From positions 1,440,001-1,504,000 of the forward strand of contig OY762428.1 in NCBI GenBank assembly GCA_963665665.1: a stretch of 64,000 nucleotides of DNA, written 5' to 3'. This document shows positions 28,775 to 39,055 of the stretch, piece after piece (within the stretch, counting starts at the first letter, position 1; every line of letters starts with the position of its first letter). The position numbers and the translations under genes were made by a program. Origin of the DNA: Candidatus Kapaibacterium sp. (GTDB taxonomy: Bacteria; Bacteroidota; Ignavibacteria; Kapaibacteriales; UBA2268). The notes below the pieces were generated by a model. It was not told the origin of the DNA, searched no databases, and was given only the letters and a program-made list of their open reading frames with translations.

Positions 28775-30067
28775 TCAGAAGATACTGCTTATAGCCTGTT
28801 CAAATGCCTCGAGAGTTCTATCCAGGTCGGTCAGATGGTGTTCTGTTGATACAAACATCGCTTCGAACTGTGAAGGAGCCAGCCATATCCCTCTGTCCAG
28901 CATAGCATGGAAATATTTTGCATACATTTTTGTATCGGATGAAACTGCACCCCTGAAATCTATTACTTCTCCTTCGGTGAAAAACATACAAGACATAGAC
29001 CCAACGCGGTTCATTGTAAAGTTCTTCCCCGCTTTCGACCTAACAGCATCCTTCATACCCGATTCCAGGTACGCAGCTTTTTCTTCGATGAAGGAATAAA
29101 TATCGGGATGATCTTTTATATATTCAAGCATTGCAATACCCGCCGACATAGCGAGAGGATTCCCGCTAAGCGTACCGGCCTGGTATATTGATCCGAGCGG
29201 CGATATTTTTTCCATAATTTCTTTTTTTCCGCCAAAAGCCCCAACCGGCATTCCACCGCCAATCACTTTACCAAAAGTAACCAGGTCGGCATCGATACCA
29301 TAAATTTCCTGAGCTCCTCCGGCAGCCACACGAAATCCGGACATAACTTCATCGAATATCAATACTATTCCTTCGTTTGCACAAACTTCTTTTAATTGCA
29401 GCAGGAACTCTCTGTCTGCGGGCACAACACCCATATTACCTGCTATCGGTTCAATAATTAGCGCTGCAATTTCTCCTTTGTTTTCCCGGATAATATCTTT
29501 CACGCTGTTAATATTATTATATTCCGCAAGAAGAGTATCGGCAGCTGTAGCTTTAGTTACACCGGGAGATGTTGGAACGCCGAATGTAAGCGCACCTGAA
29601 CCGGCTTTTATAAGAAAGGAATCGCCGTGGCCGTGGTAGCAGCCCTCGAATTTTATAAATTTATCCCTGCCGGTATAACCCCTGGCAAGTCTTACAGCGC
29701 TCATTGTAGCTTCAGTTCCGCTGTTCACCATTCTTACCATTTCGATTGAAGGAACCAGGCTGCAGATCAGTTCCGCCATCTTAACTTCCTTTGCTGTAGG
29801 AGCACCAAAGCTCGTACCGTCTTTCATGGCTTCTGACAGGGCCTCGCGGATAAACCCGGGATTATTGCCAAACAAATGAGGCCCCCAGCTACCCACGTAA
29901 TCAATAAATTCATTTCCATCCTCATCGTAAATGTATGGCCCTTTTGCCGATTTCACAAACAAAGGATCGCCCCCGACAGACCCGAAAGCACGAACCGGCG
30001 AATTTACACCGCCGGGAATATATTGTTTTGCCTGCCTGAATAGTTCTTTACTTTTTTTGATTTCCAT
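28775..30067 (-). CDS. hemL: Glutamate-1-semialdehyde 2,1-aminomutase
   Basis: PGGVNSPVRAF, NSGTEA, GCYHGH, FDEVMSGFR, FGKVIGGGMP, QAGTLSGNP. Confidence 0.97.
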   Translation of the reverse strand: MEIKKSKELFRQAKQYIPGGVNSPVRAFGSVGGDPLFVKSAKGPYIYDEDGNEFIDYVGSWGPHLFGNNPGFIREALSEAMKDGTSFGAPTAKEVKMAELICSLVPSIEMVRMVNSGTEATMSAVRLARGYTGRDKFIKFEGCYHGHGDSFLIKAGSGALTFGVPTSPGVTKATAADTLLAEYNNINSVKDIIRENKGEIAALIIEPIAGNMGVVPADREFLLQLKEVCANEGIVLIFDEVMSGFRVAAGGAQEIYGIDADLVTFGKVIGGGMPVGAFGGKKEIMEKISPLGSIYQAGTLSGNPLAMSAGIAMLEYIKDHPDIYSFIEEKAAYLESGMKDAVRSKAGKNFTMNRVGSMSCMFFTEGEVIDFRGAVSSDTKMYAKYFHAMLDRGIWLAPSQFEAMFVSTEHHLTDLDRTLEAFEQAISSIF

Positions 30068-30445
30068 TTCTCAACCTGTAATTATATAAATTTCAATACC
30101 AGAGGCATTAAATCATAATATTCGATAAAAATAACATTGTTCGAAGATAATAGCAAATCCTATTTATTATTATTTTATAAATATGCTATAAAACCCCAAA
30201 AAAAGCATATTCACAAAATAATTATTTCCATTCTCATTGCTTTTATCAAAATTATCATTTTTCAATAATACGAATAATAAATAAAATAATATTTTGTGCA
30301 ATTAAATTTGAAAAATATCAAATTTGAATGCTTATTTAAAACAAAATTGTAATATTCTAATAAATTCAGTGACTTTTTCCTTTTTCACGTGTTATAAATA
30401 GTACAGATCAGAATGGCATCTGGTTTGACGTTCTTTTTTAGCTCC

Positions 30446-30480
30446 GGGGCCCTGGATACTACCGGGCCCCATAGTTTTTT
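30446..30480 (+). terminator. GC-rich hairpin plus U-tract in the hemL/SDR divergent intergenic region (possible sRNA 3' end or attenuator)
   Basis: GGGGCCCTGG-ATACTA-CCGGGCCCC-ATAG-TTTTTT. Confidence 0.45.
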
Positions 30481-30584
30481 AATTTATACAAAATATATAA
30501 AACATAACTACCCGGTAGTTTGATTTCTCATGTCTTTTTCCTAATTTATAATTCTTTTAACGAATATTATTCAAGAGGTTTTAA

Positions 30585-31355
30585 ATGAAATTAAAAGATA
30601 AAATCGTATTTGTTACAGGCGCTTCCGCCGGAATAGGAAAAGCCTGTGCCGATATGTTCGCCGAAGAAGGCGCAAAGCTGATTCTGCTTGCACGCCGTAA
30701 GGGTGAAATTGATCAACTGGCCGAAGAATTGAAATCAAAATACGGAACGGAATCACTCACATTCAAATGCGATGTTAGAATCTACGATGAAGTTGAAGCT
30801 ATAGTTAATCACTTGCCTGATGAATGGTCACATATTGATATTCTTATTAATAATGCCGGGCTTGCCAGGGGACTGGAAAAGCTCCACGACGGTGTTCTTC
30901 AGAATTGGGAAGAAATGATTGATACCAACATAAAGGGCCTGCTCTATGTTTCAAGGCTTATTATGCCGGGAATGGTGGAAAGAAAGAACGGCCACGTGAT
31001 AAATATTGCATCCATAGCAGGACGCCAGGTATATCCTAACGGGAATGTTTACTGCGCATCCAAGGCCGCTGTAAAAGCTATTTCCGAAGGAATGATGATA
31101 GATGCTAACGGCTCGGATATTCGCGTAACAAATATAGATCCCGGCCTTGTTGAAACTGAATTTGCAAAAGTTCGCTTCCATGGTGACGATGAAAAAGCCG
31201 CTACGGTTTACAAAGGCTACAAGCCGCTTACCGGCTGGGATGTGGCAGATATGGCATTGTTTGCAGCCACAAGGCCCGCCCACGTATGCGTACAGGACAT
31301 ACTGGTAACACCAACAGACCAGGCAAGCGCAACTATTGTGCATAAAGAATTATAA
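30585..31355 (+). CDS. Short-chain dehydrogenase/reductase, YdfG-like
   Basis: TGASAGIG, NNAG, YCASK, DPGLVETEF. Confidence 0.92.
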   Translation: MKLKDKIVFVTGASAGIGKACADMFAEEGAKLILLARRKGEIDQLAEELKSKYGTESLTFKCDVRIYDEVEAIVNHLPDEWSHIDILINNAGLARGLEKLHDGVLQNWEEMIDTNIKGLLYVSRLIMPGMVERKNGHVINIASIAGRQVYPNGNVYCASKAAVKAISEGMMIDANGSDIRVTNIDPGLVETEFAKVRFHGDDEKAATVYKGYKPLTGWDVADMALFAATRPAHVCVQDILVTPTDQASATIVHKEL

Positions 31356-31405
31356 GAAAGACATTTTATATCGGGATGTCTCATTATTCTGATTTTTGTG
31401 AATTT

Positions 31406-31475
31406 GTCATTCTGAACGAAGTGAAGAATCCAGTATTCTTGCCAGTTATAGATGCTTCGCTACGCTCAGAATGAC
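31406..31475. repeat. Miniature inverted-repeat (REP/MITE-like) element
   Basis: GTCATTCTGAACGAAGTGAAGAATC...GATGCTTCGCTACGCTCAGAATGAC. A right-half copy lies at ~24864-24895. Confidence 0.65.
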
Positions 31476-31718
31476 CGCTTTTCAGACTTCCCCGAGACAG
31501 CCTCGTTTTTAATTGAAATTATTAATGCAGCAAATCCAATTTTTTTGTTTATTCATCTACGGATTAATTATTAAGCATTTCAATTTACTTGACAGAGATA
31601 TCTAATTATTAATGAATTCATATCTCAGGTAACAATTTCAAATGGCCAGACATAATTTTTATATTGATGAAAATTCATTATCTTAATTTTTAAAAATTTT
31701 ATTCTAAAAGGATACAAT

Positions 31719-32774
31719 ATGAATATACTTAACATCAAGCATTACCGATTACATCTTTTATTTTTAGTATTCGCATTATTTACTTTAGCCTGTGAAAGCT
31801 CTAATGAGTCAACACCTGATAATACTACTAATTACGCTGATCCCTATAATTGGGCTCATATTGCTGAGTCTCCAGTATATGATGCTGATATTTTTTATAT
31901 ACACCCAACCACTTATTATGATGATTCTGATACCGCCAAAGCTAATTGGGAAATATCCAACAATGGCCAGCCAGCAGAATATGTAAATGGAGCATTATTC
32001 AGCCAGGCTTCAATTTTTTTCGGAATTGCTAATATTTATGCCCCTTATTACCGCCAAATGAATATTAATATTGCCTTTGATGAAAACAACGATTATGAGT
32101 TCAATATTGCTTATCAGGACTTAAAAAAATCTTTTTTATATTATTTTGAACATTATAACAATGGCAGGCCGTTTTTTATTTTGGGGCATAGCCAGGGAGC
32201 AAATCTTGGATTGGAACTGATCAAAGACATTTTCGATGATAAAAAATATTCAGACAAATTGATTGCCGCTTATATCGTGGGGTGGCCGGTAGTGCAGGAA
32301 GAACTTGACGCATATCCACATTTGAAGGTATTGACTACACCAGAAGGAACCGGCGGCGTTATTCCATGGGATGTTGTTGCTGAAGATACTCAATGGGTTT
32401 TGCCGACAGTTGCCCCCAATTCTATTATGGTTAATCCATTAACCTGGACTGACAGTAGAGAACCAATACCGGCAGAAAATAATCTGGGGGCTGTTTTCTT
32501 TAATACAGTAGATGGTGAATATACACAAGTTTGTAATATCCCCGGATTTACCGGCGGACAAATTAAAGAAATGCCTGCAATAGACGGAGTAATTCAAAAC
32601 AGTTACACTTCTATTGCAACACCGAACATTCTGAATGACCTGGTAAATGCAGGTGCAGATGTTGATAAAGATTCAAAATATGGATGCTATCACGTTATTG
32701 CAATTAACCTTTTCTATGAAAATATCAGAGAAAATGCCGCAATTCGAAAAAGTGTATGGTTTGAAAACAACTAA
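31719..32774 (+). CDS. DUF3089-family alpha/beta hydrolase lipoprotein
   Basis: Lipobox TLAC, DIFYIHPT, YAPYYRQ, GRPFFILGHSQG, terminal YH. Confidence 0.85.
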   Translation: MNILNIKHYRLHLLFLVFALFTLACESSNESTPDNTTNYADPYNWAHIAESPVYDADIFYIHPTTYYDDSDTAKANWEISNNGQPAEYVNGALFSQASIFFGIANIYAPYYRQMNINIAFDENNDYEFNIAYQDLKKSFLYYFEHYNNGRPFFILGHSQGANLGLELIKDIFDDKKYSDKLIAAYIVGWPVVQEELDAYPHLKVLTTPEGTGGVIPWDVVAEDTQWVLPTVAPNSIMVNPLTWTDSREPIPAENNLGAVFFNTVDGEYTQVCNIPGFTGGQIKEMPAIDGVIQNSYTSIATPNILNDLVNAGADVDKDSKYGCYHVIAINLFYENIRENAAIRKSVWFENN

Positions 32775-32927
32775 GCTATACAAAAGAACAGAATCAGTTA
32801 TCGAATTTTGAAAAATTCAATATCCCAGACTCCTCCCGGACTTTCGAAAGGAACCGAGACTCCGGGAAAGGGTATCGGGAAGATTAGATGATATGGAATA
32901 ATCAAAAATAATCAACGACTCCATATA

Positions 32928-34439
32928 ATGAAAAAATTAGTTTTTTGCATTAGTTTTGTTCTTATGTTTATCATTTTTTTCATCAATGAAAAGCTAAATG
33001 ATAGTCAGACTTTTGACATTGATACACCTGAAAAAGACTTGTTTCTGCAGCTAAATTATTTATCGGGTGAATTGAGAAACAGCGCCGCAGATGATATGCA
33101 AAATATCTACCCCGAGGGGTTTATCTTCACTAATGTTCTTTACGGACTTTCCTGGGCTGAAATTGCCAGATATAAAAATATACCTGATAGCATTAAAAGA
33201 CGGGCTTTATCAGAAGCGGAATGGGCCTTCAATGAGATAAAATCCGAAAGAGGCAGAAATTTATTCGAAAGAAACAAATCTCTTTGCCCAAAGTATGGTA
33301 TATTCTATTTCGGCTGGAAAAACTATCTTAAAGCCTCAATCCTCAGGGTAAAACCAAAAATATCGGAAAAGGAGAAAAATGATTTTAAACTCAATTGCGA
33401 TTCGCTTGTTCAATGCTTCTCTGACTTGCCTGTTCCATACCCTGAATCATACAGATATTCAATATGGCCTGCCGACGCATTCCCGGCTATAGCTTCACTG
33501 TCTATTCATGATCAGATTTTCACTCCGAAGTATGGGGAATTTATATTACAATGGCTTCGGGAAACAGAGAAGTATCTTGATCCGAAAACAGGTTTAATTC
33601 CACACTCCGTTAACTACTCAAACTACAAATTCAGAGAAGCCGCAAGAGGCTCATCAACGTCATTAATAATAAGGTTAATGGCTGAAATTGACAGGAAAAA
33701 GGCAAAGGAATATTATCATGTATTCAAGGAAAATTTTTATTCTACTTTCCTTGGTTTTCCAGTTATAAGGGAATATCCGAAAGGAATTAACGGCTTCGGG
33801 GATATTGATTCCGGGCCTGTTATTTTCGGGGTCGGATCAGCAGCAACAATTGTATCGATTGGTACTGCCAGGGCTGTTGGCGATACGGAAATTTCGGACG
33901 GCCTCTCAAAATTAATTGAAATAATCGGATTACCCATTCAATACCATGATAAAAAGATGTATGGGTTTGGCCTCCACCCCATTGGCGATCTGTTTATATG
34001 CTGGTCAAAATCAACATTGCCAACAAACGGAATAAATCAGGAATTCAGCTTCAGCTCTTTGAAAATAACAAGTATCATTCTGTTACTTATATTATCTGTT
34101 TTAATATTTAGAATCAGACTAAGAATGTTTTCTGATAATAATAAATCCTTCAATAGATCAGTTTTCATCCTGGCATCAATATCATTTTTATCATTCATCC
34201 TTCTTCTGATAATCCCGGAAAATAATTTTCAGAATCACTTACTTCATAATATCATACATATCATACCACTTAAAATTATTGCTGAAATATCAGGCTTATA
34301 CGGCTTTATCAACTGGATAATTATCTTTATAAACAGAAAAAAAGAGCAAACAAAAAAATATCTTCTTTATTTGCCCTTTGTATTGCTTTTACCTTTTATT
34401 TACGGTATAGTACTTTTAATTCAATATCTATTCAAGTAG
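32928..34439 (+). CDS. Hypothetical membrane protein, possible linalool-dehydratase-like helical-barrel domain plus C-terminal TM helices
   Basis: Signal/TM N-terminus, ESY...WPAD, RGSS, REYP...GDIDSGP motifs, four C-terminal hydrophobic segments. Confidence 0.5.
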   Translation: MKKLVFCISFVLMFIIFFINEKLNDSQTFDIDTPEKDLFLQLNYLSGELRNSAADDMQNIYPEGFIFTNVLYGLSWAEIARYKNIPDSIKRRALSEAEWAFNEIKSERGRNLFERNKSLCPKYGIFYFGWKNYLKASILRVKPKISEKEKNDFKLNCDSLVQCFSDLPVPYPESYRYSIWPADAFPAIASLSIHDQIFTPKYGEFILQWLRETEKYLDPKTGLIPHSVNYSNYKFREAARGSSTSLIIRLMAEIDRKKAKEYYHVFKENFYSTFLGFPVIREYPKGINGFGDIDSGPVIFGVGSAATIVSIGTARAVGDTEISDGLSKLIEIIGLPIQYHDKKMYGFGLHPIGDLFICWSKSTLPTNGINQEFSFSSLKITSIILLLILSVLIFRIRLRMFSDNNKSFNRSVFILASISFLSFILLLIIPENNFQNHLLHNIIHIIPLKIIAEISGLYGFINWIIIFINRKKEQTKKYLLYLPFVLLLPFIYGIVLLIQYLFK

Positions 34440-34483
34440 TCTTGATATTTCAGTGACTCTTTATTGAATCATTTTTATTAACT

Positions 34484-34711
34484 TTATAAATTCATTTTGA
34501 ATTCTTCAAGATCAATCTCCGCCTGTTTGAGAATTACTCTAAGCGTATTAATTTTCACAGGTTTATGAGCAGGTACCGTTATTTTAATAATTCTATCGAC
34601 AAGATTTTTCTGCAACCTGATATGACTTCCTTTTTGCCTGATTACTTCAAACCCCAATCTTTTTAGAGAGTTAATAATTTTTACATAAGACAATGAAGGA
34701 ACCTCGCTCAT
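34484..34711 (-). CDS. hicA: HicA-family toxin (mRNA interferase)
   Basis: LKRLGF...RQKGSH...VPAH...TLRVILKQA. Confidence 0.9.
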   Translation of the reverse strand: MSEVPSLSYVKIINSLKRLGFEVIRQKGSHIRLQKNLVDRIIKITVPAHKPVKINTLRVILKQAEIDLEEFKMNL

Positions 34712-34911
34712 AATTCAATTTCTTCAAATATTCGTTTTCTTGAAACTTCAGTTTCAGTTTCTAAAGGTTCGAGATATAACTCGGCAGCCTCGCGAATATT
34801 TATCATTGCTTCTTCAACGCTATCGCCTTCGCTTATGCATCCGGGCAAAGCGGGTATATAAACTGTATATCCTCCCTCTACACATTCTTCTAATACAACT
34901 TTTAACCTCAT
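34708..34911 (-). CDS. hicB: HicB-family antitoxin (short, no DNA-binding domain)
   Basis: GGYTVYIPALPGCISEGDSVEEAMINIREA. 4-bp overlap with hicA. Confidence 0.9.
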   Translation of the reverse strand: MRLKVVLEECVEGGYTVYIPALPGCISEGDSVEEAMINIREAAELYLEPLETETEVSRKRIFEEIEL

Positions 34912-34989
34912 TTTACACCTGTAATTATTTTGTAGTTAAGTAATAAACGAATCTGATCAGAAGAAATTTCAATACCAATAGGTTGGTCT

Positions 34990-36765
34990 CTATAACTGCA
35001 CTATCAATACTTTTTTCCTGCCATCTCTAAGTACATCCACAGTAATCATCTCTCCGGCTTTCAGTTTTTTCAGTCGGTGCATGTATTCATAAATGTCTTT
35101 AACTTTCTCGCCGTTGATAGATACAATAATATCGCCTTTCAGCATTCCGGATCCCTCAGCCGGCCCGCCCTTGCGAACACCCCCAACACCCAGGCCTTCA
35201 ATATCTGTTCGAGTGAAATCAGGCATAATGCCAAGAGTAACCTTCAGCCTTGTCCTCCTGCTTGCCTGTACTTTAGGGCCTGCTTCCAGAAAAGCCAGCA
35301 TATCCGGGGCCTTGTCAAGCTCGGCTACCAAATCGGATATAAACGTCACAATCATTTCCTCGGAGTCATAGTCCAGCCTGTCCACGTTGTCGAAGGGTGT
35401 ATGGTAATCCTCATGTGCGCCCGTTGAGATAAAGAACACGGGAATATTTTCGCCGTAAAATGCAGCATGGTCCGAAGGTCCGTAACCCTCGGGTGAATAA
35501 CTTAATTTGAAATCTAAATCTTCTGCAAGTGAATTCAGAATATCTTCGGATTCTTTTGATGTTCCGGTACCGCCAACCATAACTGTTCTGCTATCTTTAT
35601 TAAGCCTGCCCAGCATATCCATATTCACCATGGCCTTAACTTTTTTCAGATCGAAAGGAGTATTGTCAGTAAAATATTTTGATCCGAGCAGTCCCATTTC
35701 CTCTGCACCAAACGCCACGAAGACAAGAGTTCTTTTATTCTGCTCATTCGCAAAGTATTCAGCCAGTTCCAGCATTCCGGCAATACCCGATGCATTGTCG
35801 TCAGCGCCGTAATGTATGGCATTCGTATCCGGCATCCTTGAACCCGATCCCTGTCCGCCATAGCCAAGATGATCATAATGCCCGCCAATAACTATATATT
35901 CATCTTTTAGTGCAGGATCATTGCCGGGAATTATTCCGGCAACATTCTGAGTCATTGCTTTATTCCGGATAACATCTGTTTTTAAAAGGATTTCTTTAGG
36001 TATCGAAAATGAAGCAGGTAATTTCGATTCGTTCAGTTTCGATTCGAGTTCTTCAACAGTCTTACCAGTTCCATTAAGGAATTTATCGACAGCTGACCTT
36101 TTAATATTAACCACAGGAATTCCGGCGCCGGAAGAACTTTTATCGTAGAACATCGAAACAAGTTCGTCTTTCTCGCTGAATTTCGGACCTGATACAAATA
36201 TCACCCCTGCTGCGCCTTTATCTTTTGCGGAAATTACTTTTTCCCTCTCATCAACATGGTTTGCAAACAGGCTTTCGGTTTTGTCAGATTCGGGATCTCC
36301 CCTTAGTATCAGCGCCCATTTGCCTTTCAGGTCAACCCCCTTGAAATCATTCCATTTCAGGCTGTCCTCATCAATTTCAAAACCATAGCCGCAAAAAACA
36401 ACTTCGGCTTTCACATCTTCATTGGAACTAAATGAATAAGGGATAAAATCTTCTTTAACCTTGCCGGAGAAATTGTCGAATTTAAGCACATTTCCATCTC
36501 CGGCATCCACGGATTTTATAACCTCAAACTTCTGATAATAATCTTCACAAAGCGGTTTCAGCCCGAAATCTTTCATTTTTCCCCGAATATAATCAGCAGC
36601 AAGCTGCCCGCCCTTAGTTCCGGGTTTTCTGCCTGCGGTTTCATCCGAGGCAAGGTATTCAATATAATCTTTGATTTCATCGGCATTAATATCATTTTCT
36701 GCAAAAGCAAAATTTGAAGCAGTGATAAAATAAAGAACAGTAAAAGCTGTGAAGATGTATTTCAT
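34990..36765 (-). CDS. M28 family aminopeptidase with PA and PDZ domains
   Basis: Signal peptide, GGHYDHLG, GADDNASG, GAEEMGLLGS, NMDM, SDH, YHTP, C-terminal PDZ (LGIMPD...GDII). Confidence 0.93.
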   Translation of the reverse strand: MKYIFTAFTVLYFITASNFAFAENDINADEIKDYIEYLASDETAGRKPGTKGGQLAADYIRGKMKDFGLKPLCEDYYQKFEVIKSVDAGDGNVLKFDNFSGKVKEDFIPYSFSSNEDVKAEVVFCGYGFEIDEDSLKWNDFKGVDLKGKWALILRGDPESDKTESLFANHVDEREKVISAKDKGAAGVIFVSGPKFSEKDELVSMFYDKSSSGAGIPVVNIKRSAVDKFLNGTGKTVEELESKLNESKLPASFSIPKEILLKTDVIRNKAMTQNVAGIIPGNDPALKDEYIVIGGHYDHLGYGGQGSGSRMPDTNAIHYGADDNASGIAGMLELAEYFANEQNKRTLVFVAFGAEEMGLLGSKYFTDNTPFDLKKVKAMVNMDMLGRLNKDSRTVMVGGTGTSKESEDILNSLAEDLDFKLSYSPEGYGPSDHAAFYGENIPVFFISTGAHEDYHTPFDNVDRLDYDSEEMIVTFISDLVAELDKAPDMLAFLEAGPKVQASRRTRLKVTLGIMPDFTRTDIEGLGVGGVRKGGPAEGSGMLKGDIIVSINGEKVKDIYEYMHRLKKLKAGEMITVDVLRDGRKKVLIVQL

Positions 36766-37055
36766 TTTATATCCATTAAAAATTTTAATTCACTCCAATA
36801 GTTCATCGAATTTACTATAAATATATTTTAATATGAAATAAACTTATGTAACTTTTTTTATAATCAGGGATATTTTTTGGACTAATGAAGCAGTACATGG
36901 ACTATCAGATATAATATTTTGATTTTTCAAAAAAACAAAGGCGGCCCGAAAAGAGCAGCCATATTTTTACTTTCTTTAAGATATATTTTGTAAAAACAAA
37001 AATACTTCATATATTTTGAATATTTGAAAAAATACTACGTGAAATTGGAGTAGAG

Positions 37056-38345
37056 ATGATATTAGAATTTAGAGTTGAGAATTTTCTCTCTTTCAGAGAA
37101 GAGCAGATACTTAGTTTCGAAGCTACTGCTGAAAAGGGATTTGAATCAGAATATTGTGTTGATATTAATAAAAACTTAAAAATATTAAAACTAGGATTTA
37201 TATACGGGGCTAATGCTTCTGGAAAAACAAATCTGATAAAGGCTCTTCACTTTTTAAATGCTTTTATTTTACATCAAAAAAATGGAAAGAATGAACCTAC
37301 TGGCTGTGACCCATTTATTTTCGATGATTCTTGTATTGATAAGCCAAGTAGATTTTATTTATCCTTTTTTATAAATAAAACAAAATTTATTTACAATGTT
37401 GAGTTAGACGAAAAAATAGTTTATTATGAAAATTTATCTTTTTTCCCGTCTTCCAAGTCAGCTCTCATTTACGAGAGAACTTACGATAGAAATAAGGATA
37501 AAACCATTATTAAATTTGGCAATTATTCAAAATTAAAACTAAAAGACAGAAGAACAATTGAAGGCCTGACAATATCAAATAGCTCTGTTCTTTCCTCTTT
37601 TGGTAAAGCCAATGTTGAAAAATCAATAATTACAGATATATATAATTGGTTTATAGATGGATTTGCTATACCTATATATCCCAATTCTGATTTATTTGGT
37701 TGGGCACAATCGAAAATAAAAAACAACAAAAACCGCTTAGAATTTCTCCTTGATGTTTTAAAAAAAGCTGATTTTAATATTTCTTCAATTGATATTACTA
37801 CCAAAAAAATTGATATTGATAGTACTATTGAAAAAAACATCAATAGTATGAATATACCTGATGAATTAAAACAGAAAATCATTAATGATAAGATGGTGGA
37901 AGCCGAAGAAATTCGCTTCCAACATTCAACAAAAATGATGAAAAAATACCTCCCAATATCTGCAGAATCAAAAGGAACATTGAGATTTTTTGGTATGGGA
38001 GCTGTTTTAGAAAGCCTGATAAAAGATGGTTCGATATATGCTATTGATGAACTTGAGAATTCTTTGCATTATGAATTAGTAGCTCATTTTATTAAGATAT
38101 TCCTGGAAAATTCCAATAGTTCTCAGTTAATATTTACAACACATGATATAAACTTGCTAAACCTTGATTTTTTAAGGCGCGATACTGTATGGTTTGTCGA
38201 AAAAAATGAGTATGGAGCCTCAGAATTATATTCTCTCGTTGAATTTAAACTTCACAAAAATCTTTCGCCATTCAATGCATACAGGGTTGGTAAATTAGGC
38301 GCAAAACCAAATTTGTCAGATTCATCAATAAACAATTATGAGTAG
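37056..38345 (+). CDS. AAA_21/RloA (AbiLi-like) ATPase
   Basis: MILEFRVENFLSF, IYGANASGKTN, ESKGT, IDELENSLH, QLIFTTH, Y..G..GA.P. Confidence 0.88.
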   Translation: MILEFRVENFLSFREEQILSFEATAEKGFESEYCVDINKNLKILKLGFIYGANASGKTNLIKALHFLNAFILHQKNGKNEPTGCDPFIFDDSCIDKPSRFYLSFFINKTKFIYNVELDEKIVYYENLSFFPSSKSALIYERTYDRNKDKTIIKFGNYSKLKLKDRRTIEGLTISNSSVLSSFGKANVEKSIITDIYNWFIDGFAIPIYPNSDLFGWAQSKIKNNKNRLEFLLDVLKKADFNISSIDITTKKIDIDSTIEKNINSMNIPDELKQKIINDKMVEAEEIRFQHSTKMMKKYLPISAESKGTLRFFGMGAVLESLIKDGSIYAIDELENSLHYELVAHFIKIFLENSNSSQLIFTTHDINLLNLDFLRRDTVWFVEKNEYGASELYSLVEFKLHKNLSPFNAYRVGKLGAKPNLSDSSINNYE

Positions 38346-38946
38346 AAGGAAAAGAAATACTAAACCTACCAGAAGTAGTATCGCTATTGTAGGAGAGGGC
38401 AAAACAGAAATAATATATTTTCGGCAAATGAATATTTCCAAAAAATATAAATTTACTCTCAAACCGGATTTTCCAAAACATTCTGATTTAAAGTCGATAA
38501 TAAAAAAAGCGAGAAGTATGAAGGATGAAGGCTATGATCATGTTTTTTGTGTATTCGACCTGGACAGAATATTAACCGATACCACTGAAAAAAGAATCTA
38601 TGAATCGGAACTCAAAAAAATCAGATTAAAAAAAAATATTTATTTTATTGAATCACACCCTTGCTTCGAATTATGGTTTTTATATCATTTCGGAAGAAGC
38701 GGATTAAAACAATATAATTGTTGCGATAGTTTAATTCATGATTTGAAAACACATTTACCTCATTATTCAAAAGAAGAATCTTATCTGAAAAGAAATAATA
38801 TTTACAAACTTCTTATTGAAAATGGAAATATTGAAGCAGCTATAGATATTGCAACAGAAAAATGTAGTCAAAAAGCACTTAGTAATAATGAAGGCCTGAA
38901 TTTTACTATGGTACATAAGCTAATTGAATTCCTTGAAAAAAAATAG
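38338..38946 (+). CDS. RloB-family (AbiLii-like) protein
   Basis: IVGEGKTEIIYF, VFCVFDLD, SHPCFELWFLYHF. Overlaps the ATPase gene. Confidence 0.88.
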   Translation: MSRRKRNTKPTRSSIAIVGEGKTEIIYFRQMNISKKYKFTLKPDFPKHSDLKSIIKKARSMKDEGYDHVFCVFDLDRILTDTTEKRIYESELKKIRLKKNIYFIESHPCFELWFLYHFGRSGLKQYNCCDSLIHDLKTHLPHYSKEESYLKRNNIYKLLIENGNIEAAIDIATEKCSQKALSNNEGLNFTMVHKLIEFLEKK

Positions 38947-39008
38947 ATTATTTCAACTCATTCATATAGAAAAGACTATTTGAGATAAAAATCTGACACC
39001 AACAAACA

Positions 39009-39032
39009 AAGGCTGCCCTAATGAGCAGCCTT
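39009..39032. terminator. Hairpin terminator between the convergent rloB-like and hydrogenase genes
   Basis: AAGGCTGC-CCTAATGA-GCAGCCTT. A related copy lies at 36933-36960. Confidence 0.55.
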
Positions 39033-39055
39033 AATAATTTGATAATCAATATCGC

